Assembly: GCA_030390025.1 (NCBI GenBank)
Contig: JASTWF010000033.1
Span: 4,466,001 to 4,530,000 of the forward strand
Direction of reading: 5' to 3'
DNA length: 64,000 bases
Origin: Squalus acanthias
Lineage: Eukaryota
The translations under genes were made by a program, and so were the position numbers. Below are positions 1-13,880 of this stretch, piece after piece (position 1 is the stretch's first letter; each line of letters opens with the position of its first letter). Under the pieces are notes generated by a model. The model saw only the letters and a program-made list of their open reading frames with translations, was not told the DNA's origin and searched no databases.

Positions 1-1757
1 GTGAATGGAGCTGTCTGTGTCTGTGAATGCAGATGGCTGTGTCTGTGAATGGAGCTATCTGTGTCTGTGAATGGAGCTTTCTGAGTCTGTGAATGGAGAT
101 GTTTGGTTCTGTGAATGGAGCTGTCTGGGTCTGTGAATGGAGCTGTCTGAGTCTGTAACTAGAGCTGTCTGGCTCTGTGATTGGAGTTGTCTGGGTCTGT
201 GAATGGAGCTGTTTGAGTCTGTGAATGGATCTGTCTGGATCTGTGAATGGAGCTGTCTGGATCTGTGGAATGTGCTGTCTGGGTCTGCGAAATCAGCTGT
301 CTGGGTCTGTGAATGAAGCTATCTGAGTCTGTGAATTGAGCTGTCTGTGTCTGTGAATTGAGCTGTCAGAGTCTGTAAATGGAGCTGTCTGGGTCTGTGA
401 ATGGAGCTGTCTGGGTCTTTGAATGGAGCTGTCTGAGTCTGTGATTGGAGCTGTCTGGGTCTGTAAATGGAGCTGTCTGGTTCTGTGAATGGAGCTGTCT
501 GGATCTGTGAATTGATCTGTCTTGGTCTGTGAATGGAGCTCTCTGGGTCTGTGAATGGAGCTGTCTGGATCTGTGAATTAAACTTTCGGAGTCTGTGAAT
601 GGAGCTGTCTGAGTCTCTGAATGGAGCCGTCTGGGTCTGTGAATGGAACTGTCTGGGTCTGTGAATGTAACTGTCTTTGTCTGTGAATGGTGCTGTCTGG
701 GTCTGTGAATGGAACTGTCTGTGTCTGTGACTGGTGCTATCTAGGTCTCTGAAATGACATTTCTGAGTCTGTGAATGGAGCTGTCTGAATCTGTGAATGA
801 ATCTAACAACAGAAAACGCTGGAAAACTCTGCAGGCCAGGCACAATCCGTGGAGAGAGAAACAGAGTTAACGTTTCAGGTCGAAGAACTATCTTCAATGG
901 AGCTGTCTGGGTCCGTAAATGGAGCTGTCTGTGTCTGTGAATGGAGCTCTCTGGGTCAGTGAAATATGCTTTCTGCTTCTGTGAAATGAGTTGTCTGGGT
1001 CTGTGAATAGAGCTGTCTGTGTCTGTGAATGGTGCTGTCTGAGTCTGTGAATGGAGCTGTCTTGGTCGATGAAATGAGCTGTCTTTGTCTTTGAATGGAG
1101 CTGTCTGGATCTGTGAAATGTGCTGTCTGGGTCTGCGAAATCAGCTGTCTGGGTCTGTGAATGAAGCTGTCTGAGTCTGTGAATTGAGCTGTCTGTGTCT
1201 GTGAATTGAGATGTCAGAGTCTGTAAATGGAAATGTCTGGGTCTGTGAATGGAGCTGTCTGGGTCTTTGAATGGAGCTGTCTGAGTCTGTGATTGGAGCT
1301 GTCTGGGTCTGTGAATGGAGCTATCTGGGTCTGTGAATGGAGCTGTCTGTGTCTGTGAATTGAGCTGCCTGAGTCTGTAAATGGAGCTGTCTGGGTCTGT
1401 GAATGGAGCTGTCTGTTTCTGTGAATGGAGATGTCTGGGTCTGTGAATGGAGATGTCTGGGTCTGTGAATGGAGCTATCTGGGTCTGTGTAATTAGCTGA
1501 CTGAGTCTCTGAAATGAGTTGTCTGTGTCTGTGAATGGAGACGTCTACATCTGTGAAATGAACTTTCTGTGTTTTTGAAATGAACTGATAGGGTTTTTGA
1601 AATCAGCTTTCCATGTCTGTGAATGTTGCTGTCTGTTTCTGTGATTGGAGCTGCCTGAGTCTGTGAATGGATCTGTCTGGGTCTGTGAATGGAGCTGTCT
1701 AGGTCTATGAAATGAACTTTCTGAGTTTGTGAAATGAATTGTCTGTGTTTTTGAAAT
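1..1757. repeat. 22-bp tandem satellite (consensus GTGAATGGAGCTGTCTGGGTCT), runs off the window start
   Basis: GTGAAT recurs at 1, 23, 45, 67, 111, 133; overlapping ORFs are periodic translations of it. Confidence 0.95.
805..896 (-). mobile_element. Short Penelope-like terminal (pLTR) fragment inserted in the satellite
   Basis: AACAACAGAAAACGCTGGAAAACTC...GTTAACGTTTCAGGTCGA matches the Penelope end at 55355-55440. Confidence 0.8.
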
Positions 1758-2558
1758 GTGCATTTTGGGAAGATTAACAAGGCAAGGGAATACACAATGA
1801 ATGGTAGGACCCTAGGAAGGAGGGAGGTTCAGAACGACCTTGGTGTGCTTGTACATAGATCCCTGAAGGCAGCAGGAGAGGTAGATAAGGTGGTTAAAAA
1901 GGCATATGGGATACTTGCCTTCATTCGCCGAGGCATAGAATATAAGCGCAGGGAGGTTACGAAGGAGCTGTACAAAACGCTAGTTAGGCCACAGCTGGAA
2001 TACTGTGTGCAGTTCTGGTCGCCACACTATAGGAAGGATGTGATTGCATTTGAAAGGGTGCAGAGGAGATTCACCAGGATGTTACCTGGGCTGGAGCGCT
2101 TCAGCTATGAAGAGAAACTGGGCAGGCTGGGGATGTTTTCCTTAGAGCAGAGAAGGCTGAGGGGGGAACCTGATTGAGGTGTACAAAATTATGAGGGACA
2201 TTGATACGGTAGATAGAAAAGAACTTTTCCCCTTAGTAGAGGGGTCAATAACCAGGGGGCACAGTTTCAATGTAAGGGGCAGAAGGTTTAGAGGAGATTT
2301 GAGGAAAAACTTTTTCACCCAGAGGGTGGTTGGAATCTGGAACTCACTGCCTGAAAGGGTGGTAGAGGCAGGAACCCTCACAACATTCAAGAAGCATTTA
2401 GATGAGCACTCGAAACGCCATAGCTTACAAGGCTACGGACCAAGTGCTGGAAAATGGCATTAGAATAGATGGGGCTTCATGGCCGGCGCGGACACGATGG
2501 GCCAAAGGGCCTCTTTCTGTGCTGTATAAACCTATGACTCTGTGACTATGACTATGAC
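1758..2558 (+). mobile_element. 5'-truncated CR1-clade LINE (RT C-terminus, 3' UTR, (TATGAC)n tail)
   Basis: LYKTLVRPQLEYCVQFWSPHY and RKNFFTQRVVGIWNSLP; simple-repeat tail at about 2533-2558. Confidence 0.9.
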
Positions 2559-2559
2559 C

Positions 2560-3811
2560 TTCTCCCTAGGAATATTTGGTACCCAATCCTTCCCTTTTTT
2601 GAGCATGTCTCCATTATCATCACGACAACATATTGCCATGTGGCTATTTGTGCCTGCAGCTCACCAACATTATTAACCACACTTCATGCATTTACCCACA
2701 TGCACTATAAACCTGTCTTGTATTCTCTTAGTCTGACCCCACATAGGACCTTATTCTTTATTACTCTTGTGCTATCCGTCTCTCCCAATCCTTTGTGCAC
2801 ATTTATTCTCCATTCTAATGCTACAGCCTGGTGCCCACCCACTGCCAAATTAGTTTAAAACCTCCCCAACACTACGAGCAACCCACCGCCCTCCCCGTCG
2901 AGGCCATTGGTTTCGGCCCTGTTGAGGTGCAAACTTTCCGGCCTGTACAGGCCCCACCTCCCCGAGAACCGGTCCCAATGTCCCAGGAATCTAAAGCACT
3001 CCCTAATGCACCATCTCTCCAGCCACTCATTCATCTGCTCTATCCTCCTATTTCTATACTCACCAGCACAGCCACCGGGAGTAATCCGGAGATTACTACC
3101 TTTGAGGTCCTGATTTTAATCTCTTTCCTAGCTCCCTAAAATCTGCCTGCAGGTCGTCATCCCTCTTTCTACATATGTCATTGGTACCGATATGGACCAC
3201 GACCTCTGGCTGTTCAACCACCCTCCTCAGAATGTTCTTCAGTCCTTGACCCTGGCACCAGGGAGGAAACATACCATCCTGGAGTCACGTCTGCGGCCGC
3301 AGAAACGATTGTCTATTCCCCTAACTATTGAATCCCCGATCACTATTGCTTTCCTGATCTTTCTCCTCCCCCCCCCCCCCCCCCACCCCCCACTGTAGAG
3401 CTGATCCACCCGTGGTGCTCTGGACTTGGCTCTGGCTGTACTCGCCAGAGGAACCAACTCCCTCTCCAGTATGTACCACTGAATACCGGTTAGAGAGTGA
3501 GATGCACTCAGGAGACTCCTGCACTACCTGCCTGGTCCACCTTGTCTGTCTGGCGGTCACCCATTCCCTCTCTGCCTGCACACTCTTAGGTTGCGGGGTG
3601 ACCATCTCCTGAAACGTGCTATCCACGCAGCTCTCAGTCTCACGGATGCACCGCAGTGACGCCAGTTGCTGTTCAAGCTCCTAAACCCGGAGTTCGAGCT
3701 CCTCCAGCTGACGACACTTCCTGCACATGTGATTGTCCAGGACACGGGAAGTGTTCTGGAGTTCCCACATTGCACAAGATGTGTAATCCACGGGAATGAG
3801 GTGCCTGCCAT
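2560..3811 (-). mobile_element. CR1-clade LINE 5' part (decayed ORF1 with SGNH esterase domain, start of ORF2)
   Basis: KAIVIGDSIVRGIDNRFCG...VCFLPGARVKD (3239-3457 minus), homologous to ORF1 at 10054-10461. Confidence 0.8.
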
Positions 3812-4051
3812 GCCTTTATTTAATAGACCATTACTAACTTAACAGAAATAAACACAAGACTTTTAAATTTATATTTAGAATTCGCATTGTTAAACTGTTC
3901 AAATAATCAGTACAATGAGTTGTTGTTAGCCTGGTAACGACCTCATGGTGTCTGGCAAGTGATATCCCATGCACTGTGACTTTGTGGGAACAGGAGATTA
4001 CAGGACTTTGGACCAGAAAGGTGGTGGGTGGGACTGTCTACTAGTTAGAGG

Positions 4052-4372
4052 AACTGTATTAGTTTGAGGAGCTGTATTAGTTTGAGGTACTGTATTAGCT
4101 TGAGGGGCTGTATTAGTTTGAGGTGGTATAATAGTTTGATATGCTGTATTAGTTTCAGGTGCTGTATTAGTTTGAGGGGCTGTATTAGTTTGAGGAACTG
4201 TATTAGTCTGAGGAGCTGTATTAGTTTGAGGGGCTGTATTAGTTTGAGGGGCTGTATTAGTTTGAGGTATTGTATTAGTTTCAGCTACTGTATTAGTTTC
4301 AGGTACTGTATTAGTTTGATGTACTGTATTAGTTTGAGGTACTGTACTAGATGAGGGGCTGCATTAGTTGGA
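4052..4372. repeat. 18-bp minisatellite (CTGTATTAGTTTGAGGNN)
   Basis: About 17 tandem copies; the ORF repeats CISLRx. Confidence 0.9.
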
Positions 4373-4801
4373 GGATCCATCAACACAAATTCACCACTTT
4401 CATTGTTTAACTAAATGGCCACAGTTAAGGCGGACAGCCCCATCCCAGAGCGCAGCAGAGCAGCCCTGAGAGGACACTCTAACTTTTGGAATTTAATTAA
4501 TGAATGGCCACAGCAGAGCGAAGGACATCACCGAAACAATATGACGTCGAGAGATGAGCCTGGTGGTGTTTGAAACAACAACCCCATTGCTGGGAGAATA
4601 CAGCTGGCAATTGTCATTAGTTAATTCATGTGACCAGAATTCACCGGTCTTTGGGGTTTTCAATTACAATCTCAGCACTAAATATATTCCATCACAGCAG
4701 GGAATTAACTCGGCTGTCGTCATCTGTTTGTTCAAATATTTTTTTAAATAATATTTTCAGCGATGTTGCAACTTCAATCTCCCCGTGGAGATCCCGCAGG
4801 G

Positions 4802-4807
4802 TATAAA
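4802..4807 (+). promoter_or_regulatory. Candidate TATA box for the GPCR gene
   Basis: TATAAA about 90 bp upstream of the ATG at 4893, in non-repetitive sequence. Confidence 0.35.
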
Positions 4808-4892
4808 TGAAAGGCTCTGGGAATGTCCAAATCAGAGTTTAATTCAGAGAGATTGCCTGCAGCACGAAGGGACACATCGCTTCACACAGAAA

Positions 4893-4959
4893 ATGCATCG
4901 GCCAATTGACCATGTGCAGAAAATATACTACATGATCATTGCCGTCATTGGTGTTCCTG
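4893..4959 (+). CDS. Exon 1 of GPR139/GPR142-like class A GPCR
   Basis: ATG-initiated MHRPIDHVQKIYYMIIAVIGVP+G (first half of TM1), then donor G|GTAAGT at 4960; phase 1 joins exon 2 as G+TG = Val. Confidence 0.8.
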
Positions 4960-5269
4960 GTAAGTGATTATAACGATTGAAGTTGTGTAAATCTGTGTGT
5001 GAGCTGGTCTCTGGTTTTGCTCTGTGACTGATAATGTTACATCCTGATCCAGTGGTCACCGTTATACAGACACCCGATCAGTGATAGCATTTCGTTTAGA
5101 CAAATGACCTGAATTATTTCTGAGGTTTTATTCCATTGCCTCAACTGAAAGTAAAACACTGTTTGTAACTCACGTGCTCGCTGTGTTATGTAGTTATTGA
5201 CTTTCGTGTAATATTGTGTACTGTTGAATCAGACCTCAGTGTGAGGAACTCTCTGAGAGAAGGTATTGG

Positions 5270-5660
5270 TGGAAGGGTCTCTCACTGTAGAACTACTGAG
5301 TGTGGGTCACTAACCGGAGTGGAACACCTGACCCCAGTGGCCATGTATTACTGGGAGTATCTGTCACTGTAGAACTGTACTGAGTGTGGGTCACTAACTG
5401 GAGTGGAACACCTGACCCCAGTGGCCATGCATTACTGGAAGTATCTGTCACTGTAGAATTGTCCTGAGTGTGGGTCACTAACTGGAGTGGAACACCTGTG
5501 GTCGTGTATTACTGGGAGTATCTGTCACTGTAGAATTGTCCTGAGTGTAGGTCACTAACTGGAGTGGAACACCTGACCCCAGTGGTCGTGTATTACTGGG
5601 AGTATCTGTCACTATAGAATTGCACAGAGTGTAGGTCACTAACCGGAGTGGAACACCTAC
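5270..5660. repeat. Tandem repeat of about 70-85 bp, 4-5 copies
   Basis: CTGAGTGTGGGTCACTAACTGGAGTGGAACACCTG...GTATCTGTCACTGTAGAA recurs. Confidence 0.85.
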
Positions 5661-7270
5661 AGACTCTGGAACAGCTCCCATGAATTGGAGGGTAGCTAAT
5701 GTAACCCCACTATTATAAAAAGTTGGTAGAGAGAAAATGGGGAATTATAGACCGGTAAGCCTGACATCGGTAGTGGGGAAAATGCTAGAGTCCATTATAA
5801 AAGATGTAACAGCAGAGCACTTGGAAAACAGTGACAGGATCAGACAAAGTCAACATGGATTTAGAAAAGTTAAATCATGTTTGACTAATCTACTGGAATT
5901 TTTTGAGGATGTAAATGGTAGAATAGATTAGGGAGAACCAGTGGATGTAGTGTATTTGGAATTTCAGAAGGCTTTCGATAAGGTCCCGCATAAGAGATTA
6001 GCGTGCAAAGTTAAAGCACACGGGATTGGGGGTAAGGTACTGTCTTGGATAGAAAACTGATTGGCAGACAGGAAGCAGAGAGTTGAAATAAACGGGACTT
6101 TTTCCGAGTGGCAGGCAGTGACTAGTGGGGTACCGCAGGGATCGGTGCTAGAACCCCAGTTATTCACAATATATATTAATGATCTAGACGAGGGAACTAG
6201 ATGTAATATCTCTAAGTTTGAAGATGACACACAACTGGGGGGGCGTGTGTGCTGTGAGGTGGATGCAGAGAAACTCCAGTATGATTTGGACAGGTTGGGT
6301 GATTGGGCAGATGCACGGCAGATGCAGTATAATGTGGATAAATGCAAGGTTATCCACTTTGGTGGCAAAAACAGGAAGGCAGATTATTATCTGAACGGCA
6401 ATAGATTGGGAAAAGGGAAGTGCAACGAGACCTGGGTGTCCTTGTGCAAAAGTCGCTGAAGGTAAGCATGCAGGTGCAGCAGGCGGTTAAGAAGGCAAAT
6501 GGTATGCTGGCCTTCATAGCGAGAGGATTCGAGTACAGGAGCAAGGATGTCTTGCTGCAGTTGTACAGGGCCTTGGTGAGACCACACATTGAATATTGTG
6601 TGCAGTTTTGGTCGCCTTATCAAAGGAAGGATGTTCTTGCCATGGAGAGAGTGCAGCGAAAATTCACCAGACTGATACCTGGGATGGCAGGAATGATGTA
6701 TGAAGAGAGATTGGGTCGATTGAGCTTGTATTCGCTAGAATTTAGAAGAATGAGAGGGGATCTCATTGAAACTTATAAAATTCTAACAGGACTAGACAGA
6801 CTAGATGCAGGAAGGATGTTCCCGATGGCGGGGGAGTCCAGAACCAGGGGTCACAGTCTAAGGATAAGGGGTAAGCCATTTAGGTTTGAGATGAGGAGGA
6901 ATTTCTTCACCCAGAGAGTGTTGAACCTGTGGAATTCTCTACCACAGAAGACAGTTGAGTCCAATTCATTAAATATATTCAAGAAGGAGCTGGTTATATT
7001 TCTTAAGGCTAAGGTGATCAAGGGATATGGGGAGAAAGCAGGGACAGGGTACTGAATTTGGATGATCAGCCATGATCGCATTGAATGGCGGAGCAGGCTC
7101 GAGGGGCCGAATGGCCTACTCCTGCTCCTATTTTCTATGTTTCTATCCCAGTGGCAGGAAACGGCTATTGAGGTCGATGATCAGCCATGATTTTATTGAA
7201 TGGCGGAGCTGGTTCGAGGGGCCGAATGGGCTACTCCTGCTCCTATTTCTTATGTTCTTATGTTCATATA
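5660..7270 (+). mobile_element. CR1-clade LINE, 5'-truncated RT plus two tandem 3' tails
   Basis: [26 protein letters not shown] and RPHIEYCVQFWSP motifs; tail GAATGGCCTACTCCTGCTCCTATT at about 7110 and about 7225. Confidence 0.92.
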
Positions 7271-7520
7271 TAAGTTGAAATGCATTGATAATGCTTTGTT
7301 TCCTACTGAACTGCACCAACAGAAACAGATGTTAACTAATTACTGACAGGTAAACAGCAGGACAGCAGTTTTACAGTATTCAAATCCTCTCTATATTGAC
7401 TTATTCTTACTCTAAGTAGAGTTATTGTAAATACTTTAATTGTTTTGGTGCTGATTAATCACCTTCCCCCAACACCGCCCTGAGAATCTATGGTTCATGA
7501 GCACTGAATTTCATTATGTT

Positions 7521-10500
7521 ACATAGAAGCATCGAAGATAGGAGCAGGAGTAGGCCAATCGGCCCCTCGAACCTGCGCTGCCATTTAATGAGATCATGGC
7601 TGATCATCCAAATTTAGTACCCTGACCCTGCTTTCTCCCCATATCCCTTGTACCCTTTAGCCTTAAGAAATATATCTATCTACTTCTTGAATATATTTGA
7701 AGAATTGGCCTCAATTGCCTTATGCGGTAGAGAATTCCACAGGTTCACCACTCTCTGGGTGAAGAAATTCCTCCTCATCTCTGTCCTAAATGGCTTACCC
7801 CTTATCTTTAGACTGTGACCCCTGGTTCTGGACTCCCCGAACATCGGGAACATCCTTCCTGCATCTAAACTGTCTAGTCTTTTTAGAATTTTATAAGTTT
7901 CAATGAGATCCCCTCTCATTCTTCGAAACTCTAGCTAATATAAGCCTAATCGACCCAATTTCTCTTCATACTTCATTCCTGCCATCCCAGGTATCAGTCT
8001 GGTAAATCTTCGCTGCACTCCCTCCATGGCAAGAACATCCTTCCTCAGATAAGGCGACCAAAGCTAAACACAATACTCAAGGTGTGACTCACCAACTTGT
8101 ACAACTGCAGCAAGACATCCGTGCTCCTGTACTCGAATGCTCTCGCTATGAAGGCCAACATACCATTTGCCTTCTTATCCGCCTGCTGCACCTGAATGCT
8201 TACCTTCAGCGACTGGTGCACAAGGACTCCCAGATAACGTTGCACTTCCCCTTTTCCCAATCTATTGCCGTTCAGATAATAATCTGTCTTCCTGTTTTTG
8301 CAACCAAAGTGGATAACCTCGCATTTATCCACGTTATACAGCATCTGCCACGCATCTGCCTAATCACCCAAACTGTCCAAATCATACTGGAGTTTCTCTG
8401 CATCCTCCTCACAGCACACACGCCCACCCAGCTTTGTGTCGTCTGCAAACTTAGAGATATTACATCTAGTTCCCTCGTCTAGATCATTAATATATTGTGA
8501 AAAGCTGGGGTCCTAGCACCGATCCCTGTGGTACCCCACTAGTCTCTGCCTGCCACTCGGCAAAAGACCCGTTTATTCCAACTCTTTGCTTCCTGTCTGT
8601 CAACCAGTTCTCTATCCAAATCAGTATCTTACCCCCAATCCCATGTGCTTTAACTTTGCACGCTAATCTCTTATGCGGGACCTTATCGAAAGCCTTCTGA
8701 AAGTCCAAATACACCACATCCACTATTTCTCCCTTATCTATTCTACCAGTTACATCCTCAAAAAATTCCAGTAGATTAGTCAGGCATGATTTCCCTTTTG
8801 TAAATCCATGTTGACTTTGTCCGATCCTGTCACTGTTTTCCAAGTGCTCTGCTATTATATCTTTTATAATGGTCTCTAGCATTTTGCCCACTACCGATGT
8901 TAGTCTTACCGGTCTATAGTTCCCCGTTTTTTTCACTACCACCTTTTTTAAATAGTGGGGTTACATTAGCTACGCTCCAATCCATGGGAACTGTTGCAGA
9001 ATCTATAGAATTTTGAAAGATGACCAGCAATGCATCTACTGAGTGCAAGTCAACAGAGAGTGCTGAGATTGGGTAAGTGTGAGTAGTTCTTTAATTGTTC
9101 GTTCTCTTGAAATCATTCTTGATAAGAGTACTTAAGCAGTTTAAGTGAAGGGGAAAAGTTAACTATTTGGGATTCTGTTGGTTTAAGAAGAGTAAAACAA
9201 GGTTACACTGCAGTAGGAGTAAATTGGCACAGCAGGCAGTGGAAACCAGTTTTCTAATCAATCAGCAGGGGTGACTCATTTGGTTGTAAACAAACAAACA
9301 GTAGAAAAATACTAGTGCTAGTGAGAGGAAGCACTGAGTGCAAGTCAGCAGAGAGTGCTGAGTTTGGGTAAGTGAGAGTTCGGGTGAGTGTGGTGAAGGG
9401 TGCTCTTTTCAAACGTTAACTCTGGGTTGTAGTTAATAAGGCCTTTCTGGTGCAGAGTGACTGTTGGTAAACCATTTAACTGGTGTAATTTAGAGGGATT
9501 GATTTAATTTAAATCCAATTAATTAGAGGGGATACTAGCAGCTATAATCGGGCAGAGAGTGTCCATAACTAAGAATAAAAAAAATAATTAATTACATAGA
9601 ATGGAGCAGGTGATGTGTTACTGTTGCAAGATGTGGGAGCCGGTGGACCCCATTGAGGCTCACAGTGATTACATCTGTGACAAGTGTCTGCTGCTACAGG
9701 AACTCCAGCTCCGTGTTGATGAGCTGGAATCTGAGCTTCAGACACTGCGACACATCAGGGAGGGGGAGAAGTACCTGGACTTTGTGTTTCAGGAGCTGGT
9801 CACACCTATGAAATTAATTAATTCAGATGTAGCCCATGGTCAGGGACAGGACGGTGTGACTACAAGTGATGCAGGTACGGGGATCTAGGAGCTAGTGTTG
9901 CAGGAGCCGCAGCCCTTGCACTTGTCCAACAGGTTCGAGGTTATTAGTCCCTGTGGGGACGGGAGCAGGGACTGCAGGGAGGATGAGATACCTGGCCACA
10001 GCACCGTGGAACGGGGGGCCATTCAAGAGGGAGGAGTAAATTGAAATGTTGTAGTGGTAGGGGATAGTATTATTAGGGGGATAGATAGAGTTCTCTGCAG
10101 CAGAGAGCGAGAGTCCCGTAGGCTGTGTTGCCTGCCCGGTGCCAGGGTTAAGGACATCTCCTCTGGGCTGGAAAGAAACTTGCAGTGGGAGGGGGTGGAT
10201 CCAGTTGTCGTGGTCCATGTTGGTACAAACGACGTAGATAGGACAAGGAAGCCGGTTCTTTTAAAGGAGTATGAGCAGCTACGGGTCAAATTAAAAAACA
10301 GAACCTCAAGGGTAATAATCTCTGGATTATTACCTGAGCCACGAGCCAATTTGGCTAGGACAAATAAAATTAGAGATTTAAATGAGTGGCTCAAAGACTG
10401 GTGTGGGGGAAATGGGTTTTGCTTCCTCGGACACTGGCACCAGTACTGGTGCAGGAGGTAGCTGTTCCGTTGGGACGGGCTTCACTTGGCCAGTGCTGGG

Positions 10501-13500
10501 ACTAGAGTCCTGGCGGATCATATAAAAAGGGCTGTAGAGAGGGCTTTAAACTAACTAGTGGGGGGGAGGTTCCTAGAGAGCAAATAATAAAAATGACAAC
10601 AGAGAATGTCATAGACTTAGGTAGCAGTGGGGAAATTAAAAACCAGAGTGTGTCAGGAAGGGGCAGAAGGTATGGAGTAAAAGGTAAAGTAATAAAAAGG
10701 GCAAAAGCAGGAGCTAAGTGTCACAAAACATATTTGAAAGTTCTCTATCTGAATGCACATAGCATTCGTAACAAAATAGACGAGTTAATGGCAGAAATAA
10801 CTACATATGGATATGATCTTGTGGCCATTACAGAAACATGGCTGTAGGGTGACAATGCCTGGGAATTTAACATATCAGGTTATTTAACGATCAGGAAGGA
10901 CAGGCAGGAAGGAAGGGGAGGTGGGGTGGCTATGTTAATAAAGGAAGGGATCACTGTAATATAGAGAAATGATATTGGGTCAAAAGATCAGGATAATGAA
11001 ACAGTTTGGGTGGAGATAAGGAATAATAAGGGGAAAAAACACTAGTGGGCGTAATCTATAGGCCTCCGAATAGTTGCAACTCTGTTGGACGGAGTATCAA
11101 TCAGAAAATAGTTGAGGCTTGTAATAAGGGAACATCTATAATTATGGGGGATTTTAACTATCATATTAATTGGAAAAATCAAATTGGGCAGGGCTGCCTT
11201 GAGGATGAGTTCATTGAGTGTATTAGGGATGGGTTTCTTGAGCAGTATGTAACTGAACCGACCAGGTGGCAAGCAACCTTAGATCTTGTCCTGAGTAACG
11301 AGACGGGATTAATTAAAAATGTCGTAGTAAAGGATCCCCTTGGAATGAGTGACCATAACATTTTGAATTCCATATTCAATTAGAGGGTGAGAAGGTCGGA
11401 TCTCAAACAAGCGTGCTTAGCTTGAATAAAGGAGACTATGAAGGTATGCGAACGGAATTGAGTAGAGTGGATTGGGAAAATAGATTAAAGGGTAAGACGA
11501 TACATGATCAGCGGTGTACATTTAAGGAGTTATTTTACAACTTCCAAAAAATATATATTCCACTGAGAAGAAAAGGGTGTAAAAGAAAAGACAGTCATCC
11601 GTGGCTAAGTAAAGAAATTAAGGATAGTATTCGACTAAAAACAAGGGCTTAGAAGGTAGCCAAATCTAGTGGGAGGATAGAGGATTGGGAAAACTTTAAA
11701 AGACAGCAAAAAATAACAAAAAGATTGATTAAGAAAGGGAAGATAGATTATGAAAGAAAATTAGAAAAAAATATAAAAACAGATAGTAAGAGTTTTTATA
11801 GTTATATAAAAAGAAAAAGGGTGGCTAAAGTAAATGTTGGTCTCTTAGAGGATGAGACCGGGAAATTAATGGTGGGAAATATGGAGATGGCAAATACACT
11901 GAATGAATATTTTGTATCAGTCTTTACAGTAGAGGACACTAAGAATATCCCAACACTGGACAAACAGGGGGCTATAGGGTGGGGGGAGGAGCTAAACACG
12001 ATCAAAATCACTAAGGAAGTGGTACTCGGTAAAATAATGGGACTGAAGGCGGATAAATCACCTGGACCTGATGGCTTACATCCTAGGGTCTTGAGGGAAG
12101 TGGCGGTAGGGATTGTGGATGCATTGGTAATAATTTTCCAAAACTCCCTGGACTCAGCAAAGATCCCGGCAGACTGGAAAACTGCTAATGTCACACCCTT
12201 ATTTAAAAAGGGCATTAGACAGAAGGCTGGAAACTATAGATTGGTTAGCCTAACATCTGTGGTAGGTAAAATTTTGGAGTCCATTATTAAGGAGACAGTA
12301 ACGGGACATTTGGATAATCATAATTTAATAGGACAAAGTCAGCGTGGTTTTATGAAGGGGAAGTCATGTTTGACAAATTTGCTGAAGTTCTTTGAGGAAG
12401 TAACACACAGGGTGGATAAAGGGGAACCAGTGGATGTGGTGTATTTAGACTTCCAAAAGGCATTTGACAAGGTGCAGCACAAAAGATTATTGCTTAAAAT
12501 AAAAAATTCCCGGATTGGGGGTAATATTCTGGCATGGATAGAGCATTGGCTATCTAACAGAAGGCAGAGAGTTGGGATAAATGGTTCATTCTTGGACTGG
12601 CAACCAGTAGCCAGTGGTGTTCCGCAGGGGTCAGTGCTGTGTCCCCAACTCTTTACAATCTATATTAACGATTAGGAGGAGGGGACCGAGTGTAACATAT
12701 CAACGTTTGCAGATGATACTAAGATGGGAGGGAAAGTAGAAAGTGAGGAGGACATAAAAAACCTTAAATGGGACATAGACAGGCTACATAAGTGGGCAGA
12801 GATTTGGCAGATGGAATACAATACTGGAATGTGTGAGGTTATGCACTTTGGCAGGAAAAATAGTAGAGCAAGTTATTATCTAAATGGCAAGAAACTGGAA
12901 AGTACTGAAGTACAAAGGGATCTGGGGGTCCTGGTGCACGAAACTCAAAAGGTTCGTATGCAGGTGCAGCAAGTGATTAAGAAGGCCAATGAAATGTTGG
13001 CTTTCATTGCTAAGGGGATAGAATATAAAAATAGGGAGGTATTGCTGCAGTTGTACAAGGTTTTGGTGAGATCGCACCTGGAGTACTGCATACAGTTTTG
13101 GTGTCCATACTTCAGAAAAGACATACTTGCTCTCGAGTCAGTACAAAGAAGGTTCACTCGGTTAATCCCGGGGATGAGGGGATGGACATACGAGGAGAGG
13201 TTGAGTAGATTGGGACTCTACTCATTGGAGTTCAGAAGAATGAGAGGCGATCTTATTGAAACATATAAGATTGTGAAGGGGTTGGATCGGGTGGATGCGG
13301 GGAGGATGTTCCCGATGATGGGTGAAACTAGAACTCGGTGGCATAGTTTTAGAATAAGGGGCTGCTCTTTCAAAACTGAGATGAGAAGGAACTACTTCAC
13401 TCAGAGGGTGGTAGGTCCATGGAATATGCTGCCCCCAAAAGCTGTAGAAGCTACATCATTACAGAAATTTAAAACAGAAATAGACAGATTCCAAAAAGTA

Positions 13501-13880
13501 AAGGGAATTAAGGGTTATGGGGTGCGGGCAGGAATTTGGACATGAGTCTGGGTTCGGATCGGTCATGGCCCTGTGGGTAGCGTAGCGGGCCCAGGGGCCG
13601 TGTAGCCTGATCCTGCTCCTATTTCGTGTGTCCAATTATGTTAGGTTCAGGAGATGGTTCTGTGATAGTCGATTGGCGGTTAGGATCAGATCAGCCATGA
13701 TCATATTGAATGGCGGACCAGGCTCGAGGGGCCAATTGGCCTACTCCTGCTCCTATTTCTTATGTTCTTATGTTCTTACTATTTCTATGGCCACTTCCTT
13801 AAGTACCCTAGGATGCAGATTATCAGGCCTTGGGGATTTATCGGCCTTCAATCCCGTCAATATCCCTACAATTGATTTCA
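7521..13880 (-). mobile_element. CR1-clade LINE (7521-9040 and 13778-13880) split by a younger CR1 insertion
   Basis: Minus-strand RT ORFs at 7680-8942; ...GCATCTACT at 9040 resumes as ACTATTTCTATGGCCACTTCC at 13778. Confidence 0.85.
9038..13777 (+). mobile_element. Near full-length CR1-clade LINE: 5' UTR, ORF1 (Cys motif, coiled coil, esterase; about 9601-10555), ORF2 (APE endonuclease + RT; about 10600-13545), 3' tail; inactivated by stops and frameshifts
   Basis: [71 protein letters not shown]; (TTCTTATG)n end. Confidence 0.93.

Noticed and set aside
319..1795. Repetitive ORFs at the window start
   Set aside because: They are translations of the 22-bp satellite.
4064..4354. Cys-rich keratin-associated-like ORF
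   Set aside because: It is an 18-bp minisatellite with no ATG start or splice support.
3239..10461. SGNH/GDSL esterase as a host or horizontally transferred gene
   Set aside because: It is the known esterase domain of CR1 ORF1, in LINE context.
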